Assembly (NCBI RefSeq): GCF_009914755.1
Contig: NC_060933.1
Direction: 5' to 3' (one strand)
DNA: 64,000 nt
Source: the human T2T-CHM13v2.0 reference genome, Homo sapiens
The notes under the pieces were generated by a model. That model made no database searches and was not told the origin of the DNA. It saw only the letters and a list, made by a program, of their open reading frames with translations. Shown in pieces: positions 50,736 through 64,000 of the stretch (its first letter is position 1; every line of letters starts with the position of its first letter). Position numbers and translations under genes: made by a program.

Positions 50736-51688
50736 AGCTATATATGCAGAGAGCCACACGTCTTAGAATTTGGCCCCCCAGCCTCCTCTTCCCACCACAG
50801 AGCAACGTCTGTGGTGCCAATGAGCCCATCAGGCCATGCCTCTGCTTGGCACAACTGCCCTCCACGGGAGTCTGCCTCTTCCTTTTTTTTTTTTCTTATA
50901 GATATGTGTTCTTTTCAATAATTGAGATGAAATTGTGTAAACAGATTGGCGTTATGCATGTTTTTTCAGATGACATTATATAGTGAAAATATTCCCCATG
51001 TCATAAAGATTACTTGAAATATCATTTGCACAGCTCCAATATTTCATAACATGGATTCACCATTATTTATTTAATCCCTTACCTGTTCTTGAATGCTTGA
51101 TTGGTTTTAACATTGCTCCATTTTCTTTGGATTTTTAAACAATGCCTTTTCCTGGGTGATGATAGCCATTGCAAAAGCTGGTTTCATAATTGTTGGATGT
51201 TTTTCATTCTTGGATCCTGGATATCAAATAAAATCTTTAGAGATAATATCTGAGCCTGCTATGGTTTACTGTCTTTTAAAACTTTACCCTTATTTGGGGA
51301 TTAAATAATGTGTGTGTTCTATCACAGACACCTATTCTAAAATTGTCTATCAGTAAGATGGACTGCATTGCCTTTTCCTTTTCCATAGAGTATTGAATTT
51401 AATTGGGTTATAATTCCTGCTATCTAGTAGCTCACCAACAATGGAGCTGTCAGAGCTTACTCATATACTCCATGGGAAGTTTATGTGTCTGAGGCAAATG
51501 CTGGCAGGTGAAGCAGGCATTCCATGAAACCAGACCTGGGTGGAAAGGAGGCACTCTTGTGTGCAGAGTCTGGTGCCGCTGGGCCCACACACCTGGGAGC
51601 ACTCCCTGGCTGCCCACACCCTGTTCCTTTCAAGAATTTGGGTTGTGTTTTCTTCTTTCTTGACAATTAGTATAAGGGCAGTAGCTAA

Positions 51689-51994
<306 letters not shown>

Positions 51995-52504
51995 TGAATT
52001 TTGATTCAGTCATGACTTTGCCACTTAATCTGAGTCTCCAGGTAGGTCATGTCCCGCAATTTTCTCATCTGCAGGCTGGGAATAATGACAGGCTATATTC
52101 CAATAAGTTTTCATTGAAGGTTAAATAATATGACAGAGATCTGGCATATGTAAATCCTCAATAAGTGGCAGCCATTTTTGTTTTTATTGCTTTCGTTATT
52201 CATTGAGTTTCAGATACTGAAATTAACAATGCGTATTATCCACCTGTTCCTCTGCTGCTTGGATTCCAGACCAAATTTGCCACCTTTTTTGTAACTTCTA
52301 AGATTCACTTTGTACTCTTCTGTTTTTTTTTATTTACTCAATAAGTATTTATTGTGAATCTACTGTGTGCTAGTCACCAGTTTAATAATACTCTGTTCCC
52401 ATCTCTTTGCCTAGTGCACATATATAAGGAATTCTATGAAACTATAACCATACTGACAGATTTCTTGTATAGTCCAGATGATGATCCCACCATTTTAAAA
52501 GTAC

Positions 52505-52685
52505 ACTTCAAAATGCTCAAAGAGTAAGCTTCAAATGTCTCACCACAGAAAATAAGTGACATTATGAATACGTAAATTGACTTGATTTAACATTCCACAT
52601 CATGTACATATATCAGAACTTCACTTTGTACCCAATACATGTGTACAATGATGATTTTTCAATTAAAAATAATATTAATGAAAAA
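52505..52685 (+). mobile_element. L1MA 3' end
   Basis: aaatgtctcaccaca..cttgatttaacattccaca..tgtaccc..caattaaaaat. Confidence 0.75.
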
Positions 52686-54006
52686 GTTGCATGACAGTGG
52701 AAAAAATGTTTTGAAGGATAGAGGTTTGCTTATGATCACATGATTCTGAGCAAATTAATCTGAAGCTTTTTTCACAATATAACTTTATTATGTAGAGTTG
52801 TTATAGAAATTAAACAATATAGAAATCAAAACAATTTTGTTAGTTCCTTTCTTTTACTCCTCAGATCAGTATGGTTAGGGTGTTCGCAAACTCTGTGTAC
52901 ATTGTGCTGTGGGTTAGCCACTTTAGAAACAGAGGGAGACAGTGAGGCCGGTGGAGCTTGGGAGAGCTAAATAGAGTCTGAGATGGAGAGATTGCATACA
53001 CCAGTGTGTATTTGAAATAAAATGTAGTGAAAATTAATAAGCTTGAAATTACCTAGCTTAGGCTATTAAACAAAACATTTTAATAAAGAAAACTAAGTCA
53101 TTTAGGTTTCCAGAGAATAGTAACTGTCACTAATAAAATTAATGTTTATTTAGGAAAAACTTGTATCAGTTTCTGCAATTGAATCAATCAACATCCAATG
53201 AGGAAACAGAAACCACATAGTAATTTGGAAAGGAAAATCAATATAAATAATATTAAATGTTATATGGGGTTAACAATAAAGGGGTACCTGAAGAAAATAT
53301 TTGGGCTCTGGGAGAGTCCCCAAGGAAGAAACAAACTTGAAAAGGGGCCCCACTCCCCAAGACTGGGCCTCTGACTCATTGGAGGTGTGGTTGCAGCTCA
53401 CCAGCTTGAGAGGAGGTTCTCTGGGTTGCCCCGGGCAGAAGCTGGTAGGAGGTGACATGGGGCTGGAACAGGCCAGCTGGGAGCTCCTTCTGGGGTGCAG
53501 GTGGGCACACAAGCACCACGTAAGGAGGGCACGCAGGAGCACCCTCCAGGGAACAGGCAGGCTGAGGATGAGGAAGGATGAATGTCAAAGCAAGGCAGCT
53601 TTGGGTCTAACTCTGAGCTCAGAACTGTGGCCAAGGTTTGTTTTCTGGGTCAGTTCTGGATGAATAGCTTCATGGGATCCTGCCACATATCAAATTTAGC
53701 TACCCAACCATCTGAAATGAAACAGTAGAGGAAAAACAGGATAATGAAAATTCTTATTTAGCAATGTATAAAGAACATGCAACTTAGCTCAGCATGTGTA
53801 TCATGCTTTATTTGGGCCAGGGATCGCTAAGAATATTCATTTTTAAACTTATTTTTTTGGCAGAGAAATGTTTCTGGCTCAGCAAATATAATTACAATAA
53901 GGTTTGAATTCCTGTTTGCCAGGATTGGAAAACGATACAATTTCTAAAGCTCTAATCAGTTGTCTATCCATTTTATCTCGGGAACAGAGCTCTATTAGCT
54001 ATTCTA

Positions 54007-54397
54007 TTAGTTAGCTATTCTCACAAATATGCTGCATAACAAACCACCCCCAAACTCAATGGCTTATGGCAACAACCATTGATTTCTTGCTCGCACATCA
54101 GCAGGTTGCTTGGAGTTAAGCTGATTAAGTCAGGGCTGGGCTTGGCTCCAGGCTGCAGGTGGGTTTCAAGTCAGCTTCATGTAGCTGTTCCCGTGCCGTG
54201 CTGCTTAGCATGTGCTCTCCTTGGGGCAATGGCAGAAGCACAAGGGACAGGCATTTCATGAGCATTTCAAGCCCCTGCTTGGGTGAAGTCTGTTAATGCT
54301 CATTGGCCAACATCAATGGGGAGAGAAGTATGCTTCTGTCATGGAGGTTAAAGAGAATAGAGTGAATCTTTGATAGACCATAATCCAATCTCCCACA
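54007..54397 (-). mobile_element. MaLR LTR (MLT1J-like)
   Basis: atgctgcataacaaaccacccccaaactcaatggctta. Confidence 0.7.
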
Positions 54398-54919
54398 GCA
54401 AGGAGAGTATACAAACCACATCTTAAGTCTGGATCGGCCTGGGATTTTTCTGCCCCTTGACAGCAGCAGCTGCCTTGCCCTTTGCCCAAGGGAGTCCACT
54501 CTGCTGCTTCCTGAGTGTCCTCATTCCTGGTCACTGCACGATTGTCCTTAAATGGTGTTAGCTATTTGGACATGGGCTAAATGCTACTCCCCATGCATGT
54601 TTGCTCACCTGTTCCATTTCTGTGTCTAGGCAGGTTGGCTGAGCCTGTGGCTTCTCTCTAGAGCTTCCACTGCATCTTACTGAATTTCTTAGGAAGTAGT
54701 TGACACAATTGACTACACTGATTTCTGCAAGGTCCCCTAAATCATTTCAGAATGCATGGGGATTGACTCCCAAGAGACAAAAGGGAAGAACTTAATGCAC
54801 AGTGCACTAAGCAGCAAAGTAGTTTTGCCTCCTTGAGCCTATTCAAGGTTCTCTGTCACACCTTGAATCAGCCAAGATCAAATTTTAGTGTTCGTCACTT
54901 GTAAATGTAGTAGACACAA

Positions 54920-55328
54920 AACCTGGAATTGTGTCTTTATTTGGAAATAGGGTCTTTGTAGATGTAATGAAGTTAAGATGAAGTCATATCGGATTAGGGT
55001 GGGCCCCAAATGAAATGATTGGTGTCCTTACAAGGAGAGGGAGATTTGGAGACACAGAAAGACAGAGAGACACGGAGAGGGTGGAAGGCCATGCAGTGAT
55101 GAAGGGAGAGATTGGAGTGATGCAGCTGCGAGCCGAGAATTGCTGGCAACCACCTGAAGCCAGGAAGACGCAGGAAGGATTCCCCGCTGGAGCCTTCAGG
55201 GGGAGCATGGCCCTGCTGTCACCTGACTTCAGGCTTTGATCTTCTGGAATTGTGAGCCAATAAATTTCTGTTTACATGCCACCTAGTTTATGATAATATG
55301 TTGTGGCAACTCTGGGAAAACATAACAC
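54920..55328 (+). mobile_element. MaLR LTR (MLT1B/C)
   Basis: ttatttggaaatagggtctttgtagatgtaat.aagttaagatga. Confidence 0.85.
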
Positions 55329-55907
55329 AACACCTCCGATGTCTATTTTAGTCAGAATTCTTTGGTTGCAATTAGCAAATACTAAGAAAAAAAGTGGATT
55401 GATCTTAGGTCATTTGAAACTGGCTTTAATGTGTGAAGTTAGGAACATGGGTGCTGTTGGGACTCTCTTATCTTTCATTTATGATTCTCTCTTGTGCTGG
55501 CTTTATTCTCCCAGGTCAGCTTCTTCATAAGGCTGATGCCATAGCAGCTGAAGTGTTGAGGCTTTTTGATGAGAGAAAAAAGGCTTTTCTGTGTAATTCT
55601 AAGATTAAGTCCCAGGTAAGGGTTCTAGTTCGCCCCTGCTCATCTGGATGGACCACTGAGGTTTGGTGGACAGGCTGTATTGGTGGTCCACCTAGCATCA
55701 GTCCTCTGACTGTTGAACAGTGACAAAGGCCATGAAAGAGAAAGGGACAAGGAGTGTAACAAGAACAAGTGCTAACAGGATCATGGAAACTGTTCGGCCA
55801 CTGCTGTTCATCCACCACCACACTGATGGACTGAAGCAAGAAACCAGAAATCAATGGAAAATATAACAAGAAAGGTTATTTAGAAATTGGTTTCAGAAGA
55901 GGGAGGT

Positions 55908-56324
55908 CATGTGGGTTGAATAGTGTCCCTCCAAAGCTCCTGTTCAGCTGGAAGCTCAGCTTGGGACCTTATTGAGAAATAGGGTTTTTGCCAGAAAAAT
56001 CAAGTTAAGATGAGCTCATCCTGGATCAGTGTGGGCCCTCCTGCAATCACTCCTGTCTTCATAGGAAGAGACACAGAGATACAAAGGGAAAAGCATGATG
56101 GACCACAGCTCAGAGACTGCACTAGTGCAGCTGTAGGCCAAGGATTGCTGGGAAGCACCAGGAGAGAGGCAGGGAACAGAGCCACCCTCCGAACCTCCAG
56201 GAAGAAGCCAGCACTGCCAAAGCCTTGATTTTGGACTTCTGGCTCTAGAACTTGTGAGTTAATACATTTTTGTTGTCTGGGGCCTCCAGTTTGTGGTACT
56301 TTGGCGGCACCAGCATGCTAAAAC
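55908..56324 (+). mobile_element. MaLR LTR (MLT1B/C)
   Basis: gggttgaatagtgtccctccaaa...ccttgattttggacttctggc. Confidence 0.85.
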
Positions 56325-56980
56325 AGATGTGGGACTCAATCCTACCTAAAGTACTATTGAACTGCAAAATGAAAGCTTTAGAAAACACAAGAGAGCTGAA
56401 ATTATTTAATAAGAAGTGTAGTTATATGTATCACTAGAGGAAAACATCCTTTCTTTTCTAAAAGAAAAATTAGATTTCTTATTGAAGCAGGGAGATTTGC
56501 CTACAATTCTCATTATGATTAAAGATACCAATTTATCATTGATAATACTGATTATAAAACAGAATTACATTAGGGGATGAGAGTGTGAATACCACCAGGA
56601 CATTAAATAAAATATTTGAGGAATGAGGTAATTGTCCCAGACTTGTTGGATTTAATCAAGGGTTTTAAGGCTGCTCTATTCCATTTCCTTTTACCATAAT
56701 ATCATATATACACTACCATAGGGAGAGACGCAGCGTAGCTTACATAATGAAATGACTTTACAGCTAATTTGATTCTGCATTTGAAAACCAAACAATTCTC
56801 AACATTTATGCTTGTTCATCTTCAGCACAGTTGTTGCGTGACTAAGTTACTTATGAGGAGGTCCGGAGTTCACGTTTAGGACAAGTTCTACTAATTCTGG
56901 TTCATACAAAACTTTCCAACCTCTGAGCTTTGTTTGTTTGTTGTTTACTTTGTGTTTGTTTTATCTTTAAAAACTGTAAC

Positions 56981-57286
<306 letters not shown>

Positions 57287-57447
57287 AAAACTGTAACTTT
57301 TATACTATCTTTCATACTATCATGAAACAAGCAGAGCCTTGATTTACGTTTTGCATTATGCATGATTAACTCAATCTACTTTTGATAGTCCCCACTTTGG
57401 GAAGGTGAGGGTGCATAGTCCATACGTCCCCACTTGCTCTTTCCCCT

Positions 57448-57947
57448 CATAATGGTGACTTTTATCTGTTAACCTGACTGGGCTACGGAATGCCCACACA
57501 GCTGGCCAAACACTCTTTCTGGGTGTGTCTGTGAGTGTGATTTGGAAGAGATGAGCATTTGAATTGGTGGACTCGGTAAAGAAGATCACCCTCACGAATG
57601 TGGGCAGATATCATCCGAACCACTGAGGGCCCAAGTAGAACAAAAAGGCGGAGAAAGGGGAATCCCTTGTTGGTATTTGGCCTGGGACATCTCTCTTCTC
57701 CTGCCCTCTGACAGCAGTGCTCTAATTCTCAGGCCTTTGGACTCAGATTTAATTGCACTGTGGGCTTTCCTGATTTTCCAGCTTTCAGTTGGCAGATTAT
57801 GGAACTTCGCAGCCTCCAGAATCCCGTGAACTGATTCCTGTATATATACATATGTACACATACAAATATTTGTGTATTTATCTCTGGGACCCGATATACA
57901 TCTATATCTCCTCTATTGGGTCCCTTTCTTTAGAGAACCCTAATACA
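57448..57947 (+). mobile_element. MLT2 (ERV-L) solo LTR
   Basis: aacctgactgggct..gagatgagcatttgaattggtggact..gagaaccctaataca. Confidence 0.88.
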
Positions 57948-58295
57948 CTCCTATATTGATGGTCTGACATCTGTCACACATAAGAGGAAATGCTCTTTTG
58001 GGATAATTATTCATAATATACAAGTTAGAGAATCATTTATGTTTCTTAGATATTTTCATATGTGTAGAGCTGCTTTATCAATTTGCAGCCCTGGTGGGGA
58101 GCCCAGAGCAGAGCCCCGGGCTGGCAGAGCTGGGATCGGGGTACAGATGGGCTTGCAGGAGCCTGGCCACTGGCACCGCTGCTGGGTCTCAGCAGTACCA
58201 TGCCCTGTTCCCTCAAAGCCACATTGTCTTTTGCAGAGGTTGCCTCCAAAGAAGGTATTTTCTTATGAAGTTTTATGCCTTTGTAAAAGTTGTAA

Positions 58296-58616
<321 letters not shown>

Positions 58617-58739
58617 AGAAATAATTTGTTTCTTTATCACTGAGGACCATCTCAAGTGACAGGGCTCCAAGCTTTTGCTCATGTTCCGCTGCCTTGGAAT
58701 CCAAGGGCAACTGCGGCCATGGTAGCCTATTTTCATCAA

Positions 58740-58870
58740 AGTCAAATGGCATCTTGTCGACAGAGGTGAGGGCCTGCAAAGTCCTACTACACTCAGGACA
58801 GTCAGTCCCCTGCTACAAAAAAATTATCAGGTACAAAATATCAATAATACTGAGCTAGAGAAACTGAGTT
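58740..58870. mobile_element. MER20 fragment
   Basis: caggacagtc..aaaattatc..caaaatatcaataatactgagctagagaaact. Confidence 0.6.
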
Positions 58871-59104
58871 CTAAGTGAAATGGACAAACCTTTAATAGTA
58901 GTGACCTGGCCTGAAACTTTAATGTTTCTTTATTGTTTTAAACTTTCATTTGGTTGACTATAGGAGCAGCAAACTGTTTTGCCATTTATTTCTGATGCTT
59001 TAATTGTACAATGTTCCCCGAAATGTTTACACTTTAATTCTTGCCAAATTTGTTGTAGCCAACTTTAACCGTGGAATGACATATTTAGTCCCTCAACACT
59101 GTCA

Positions 59105-59538
<434 letters not shown>

Positions 59539-60293
59539 CCGAGGCTTGGATTTTTAAATCTTCAATTGTGAGTGAAATTTGCATCATTACTCTGTTATAG
59601 TTCCACTTACGATTTTTAGAATAAATAAAAACAACATAAAGTGTTTTGAGAAACATAAAAATATTACAGACATATACACAGATGCAGTGATGCAAATGTA
59701 AAGATGATAAAGTCCAATCGTCAGAAAAGTCGTAAGTGGAATTAAGGCAGGACACAAGCAAGATTCACTGGTCCCTGAACAGCAGGGAGCGATAGAGGTG
59801 TCTGAATACCTTTGGGAGTCCACATCCCCGGGGTGTGGGTGACAGGCAGGCCCTTCATCCCCGGGCAGAGCTGAGCTTGTTCTTGTCACATTTAACCTCA
59901 GTCCTCTGATAAAGCCAGAACATACAATGTTTTTATCTGCCCATTCAGAATCATGTAAGTGCAGGTTTTTTTAAGTAATTATGAGGGTGAGTGAGACTTT
60001 CACTGTAATGTTTGGTAAGTAATGAGGTGATTCAGTTTTATGTCCATCTTGATTTGAGGAAGAGAGAATGGTGAGGGAAGCATTGGGACAGGTTCATCTG
60101 GAACCACAGACACTTAAATGTAGACAAGCCTTTAATGATGCCTGGTCCTCGCTTCCTCCCAAATGCAGGTATGTATTACATCTCTGTTGGCTGTTCCCCT
60201 AGAATCAGCTGTAGCTTTTCCAGTGGCCAGGAGCCCTGGTCCCCGTTACCGTTGCGAGGCTGTCTTGCATTATTGGGCACTTTGAATGCTTAA

Positions 60294-60715
<422 letters not shown>

Positions 60716-61443
60716 TGTCTTTCCTTCTTTTAATCTTTCTACACATGAAAAGGCGTCAGTAGCCCCCACCATCCTGTATGTCACCTGGGACACCCTCAGT
60801 CTGCCTTTGTTAATGTCAGAGCCAGGAACTCAGGGAAAAAACTATTTTCTGAGATATGTTTTTGTGCAGAGAGAAGAGACTTTCCATGTATATTGCCTTT
60901 CCTGTAATATTGTCTGTTCAGGTAGCTGTGTGCCATATCCAGGTAGCTGCATGCCCTCTTCCCTGTTTTAGCACTGGTTGATACTGAGTTTATGGTTAAT
61001 TAGTAAATGTGTTAAAAAATTTTTTGAATTTTTTTTCAAAAATCAGCAAGCACAAATATGTACCTAGCATTTTCCAAGGATATGGGTATGGAAAGATAAA
61101 ATGCCAGAACTTACAATTTAATTAGATATTAGTGCAAATGATCGATACACTGCAATGTGGTAACTGTGTAACAGATATTAATTGCACCATCCAAAATTCA
61201 GTATGTTAAAAATGGAACTCTTCAGGTTATCATAGGAATGTTGCTTGACTCTTATGCCCAGGGCAGACTGTGAAGCATCCATTCCCCTAAATCCAGGGCA
61301 GTCAGGTAAGGGGCCTTCTTATCTCAGCCACTTCTCCACTTCCAGCCCAGACTCTTGCTGTATTAACCTCTGTTTCTCCGACACAGCAGACCCGGAGACT
61401 TTTTACCTCCTTTTTTTGTGACTCCTCCCCACTCTACCACAAG

Positions 61444-61587
61444 TAGGGTTGCAAGATTTAGAAAATGAATATTTAAGACACTCAGTTAAATTTGGATTTT
61501 AGATAAATGACAAATACTGTTAATTAGTATAAGTATGTCCCAAATATTGCATTGCATTTTATTGTATTTTTTTTTGTAGCAGCCGTA
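61444..61587. mobile_element. MER53 hAT MITE
   Basis: tagggttgcaagatttag..cagttaaatttg..tagtataagtatgtcccaaatattgca. Confidence 0.8.
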
Positions 61588-61762
61588 CCCTCAAGAACTG
61601 CACCTTCCAACCACCCTTATATGAGCCTGCTCCAAAACCTTGCCAGCCAGCACTTCCAGGTTACGACTATTGACCTCCAGCTCCCAGTTTCAGGTGAGAG
61701 GTGAGACCCAGTCCCACACTAGCATGTCATCTTCGTGGAATCCCAAAAGAGACAATATATAG

Positions 61763-62081
<319 letters not shown>

Positions 62082-64000
62082 AAGGTACGGCCTTTTTAAA
62101 GCCCCCTCCCCTGCTTCATACCCAGCAATGCGCCTGCTTTAAGGGTGTCCTTGTTTTTGACAAACTCACAATCTCCGCCTCCACAGGTTTCGGGCGCCCC
62201 TGGTGGTTGCACTTTGCCAGTAGCTTATGGCAACCCACCAGGTTTGCTGATGCTGGACTGGCATTTACCTGTCAAAGTAATTTAAACCATAAGATTTATT
62301 CCCAAATAGGGGGGGAAACAGATAAAATGGGAGAAGGGCATGGTTGTGGGTTTGGACTAATCAGAACAAGATTCTAAATTTTTATAAAGAGAGGAGATGG
62401 TACTGCAGGAAAGCCCTGTGAGTCTCCCCTGCAAAATACCCACCTAGACCTGTTTTTGTTGGTGGTTGTGTGTATGCCTTCTGAAACAGTGTGTGTCCAC
62501 AGCCAAACATGTGCTGGGATGCAGGAGATGCTTAGGCCACCTTGATCAGTGATGTCTGAGGCTTCCCCAGGCTGGTTAATTCACAGCCTCCCTCCTTTAT
62601 GCTCCCCCAGATTCTCTTTCATTTAGATTGTGTTGACTCAGCTCAGGGGATGAATATATGTATTTGCCAACATTATTGAGTTTGCTAATTAAAAAGCACT
62701 GAAAAAAAACTTACTTTCCCTCTGCGTTTGGTGACTTTTACCCCTAGAACTCTTCTTCTTAGGAAGCCTATGACAATGAAGATACTATAAAAACAAGGGT
62801 CTTTCCAATTCCCTTCTGCTGTGTCGTGGAGCGAACACTCAACCTGGAGTCTAACGTTCTTAATTTCTGTCCCAGATCTTTACTGGCTGGGTCTCTGCAC
62901 ACTTCTCAGTCTCCTAGAGTCTTCAGGTTACTCAATCAAAAAATGTTCTAAACTAGTTGTTATAAGAGTGCTGAACACATTGGCTGGTTCACCCACACAA
63001 TAGATTTGCCTGACAACTGTTCACTAAACTGTATATCTTAGTGCAGTATGTGGATTTAACTGGTGGTGTTGCTGATGTGTCAAAATTTTGAGCACGTTCC
63101 AGCTTTTCATTGTTGTTATTTTCCATCTTCCATTACTTTGAAGGGAACATGTTACAGGACACAAAGAAATACTAAACTTGCAAAGCATATGAATAATAGC
63201 AAATGTGATTATTATTTATTTACTTATAAAAAGATGATAGATTACTTCATGTTCTGCTTAAAGCTACTTTTTGCATTTGGACCATTTTGAGTAGCCCATA
63301 TTCTGCCAAAAATTATAATTATAAAATTAGTGAATCACGCAGAAAACATTGGAACTAAATTATTGACACGGCTTTGGAAAGGTGATATCCAATCTTATAT
63401 GCAAATTCCAGTTGTCTTCCATTACTCTTGGGATCTTTCAGCAGATTTTTGCCATCTGTGTAGAAGCTGTTATTGAATTTTCTTGCTGAGATTATATAAT
63501 TTCTATTCAGAGAATTAAATTCCCCATTACACTGTATTTTGTTTCTCTACAATATAAATGGAAAATTATGTAACAGGGAATTTATACATTTGTTTTGCAC
63601 CTGTGGTATTTAAAATGTGGCAGGCATTTAGAGCTGTCATAAAGACCCAGGCCGAAAATGCTTTATTGCATATGATTATCCTTCTCTTACTACTTTTGAA
63701 AAGGAATGAAATACAGCCATTTTAATATTCATGTGTTCCATCCAAACAGAGGACTGAATAATAAAAGTGGATAACTTATATTTGCTTCCATTACAAATAG
63801 TTTTATCTTGCCATCTTCAGTCATTGTTTTCGGCTTGCATTGTGATACTATGAAGTGGATCAGAAAATATACTTCCTGAGTGCTACTTGTTAAACAAGTG
63901 TATGAAATGTGCTTGACCCTGCTCTGTGCAGTAGAGCATTTCAGACTAATCACAAACTACTGAGTGGAGTCAAAGCAGCAGCTCAGACTGCTTTCTCTGC

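Noticed and set aside
47979-50865. 146-, 140- and 153-aa ORFs in unique sequence
   Set aside because: No recognisable domains or splice support; mostly non-ATG starts; one runs through a microsatellite.
53160-53650. Possible old LTR remnant
   Set aside because: Could not assign a family or termini with confidence.
59730-60175. Cluster of GTRAGT/GTATGT donor-like motifs
   Set aside because: No convincing paired acceptor or frame, and hexamer clustering can be chance.

Overview
Human-type non-coding genomic DNA. It contains an AluYb8 and an AluYa5-lineage element, both essentially human-specific. I find no intact protein-coding gene, RNA gene or CRISPR array; nearly all ORFs in the track derive from Alu, L1, LTR or simple repeats. 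I count 35 Alus, several nested L1s (almost all minus strand between 6 and 41 kb, which suggests an intron of a + strand transcript), ERVL/MaLR/ERV1 LTRs, hAT MITEs, and MIR/L2 remnants. The most interesting signal is a ~400-codon decayed, intronless reading frame at 41664-43523. It stays in register across two later Alu insertions and by eye resembles TASOR-family (HUSH complex) PIN-like and SPOC domains. That resemblance is from memory and needs a profile search. Other notable structures: a twin-primed inverted L1PB, an ERV-L dUTPase fragment enclosed in one MLT2 LTR, a local duplication of an L1/L1 junction, an Alu replacing ~340 bp of L1, a chimeric Alu, and several hairpin- or triplex-prone tracts. 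Subfamily names are assigned by eye and boundaries are approximate unless a TSD is quoted.
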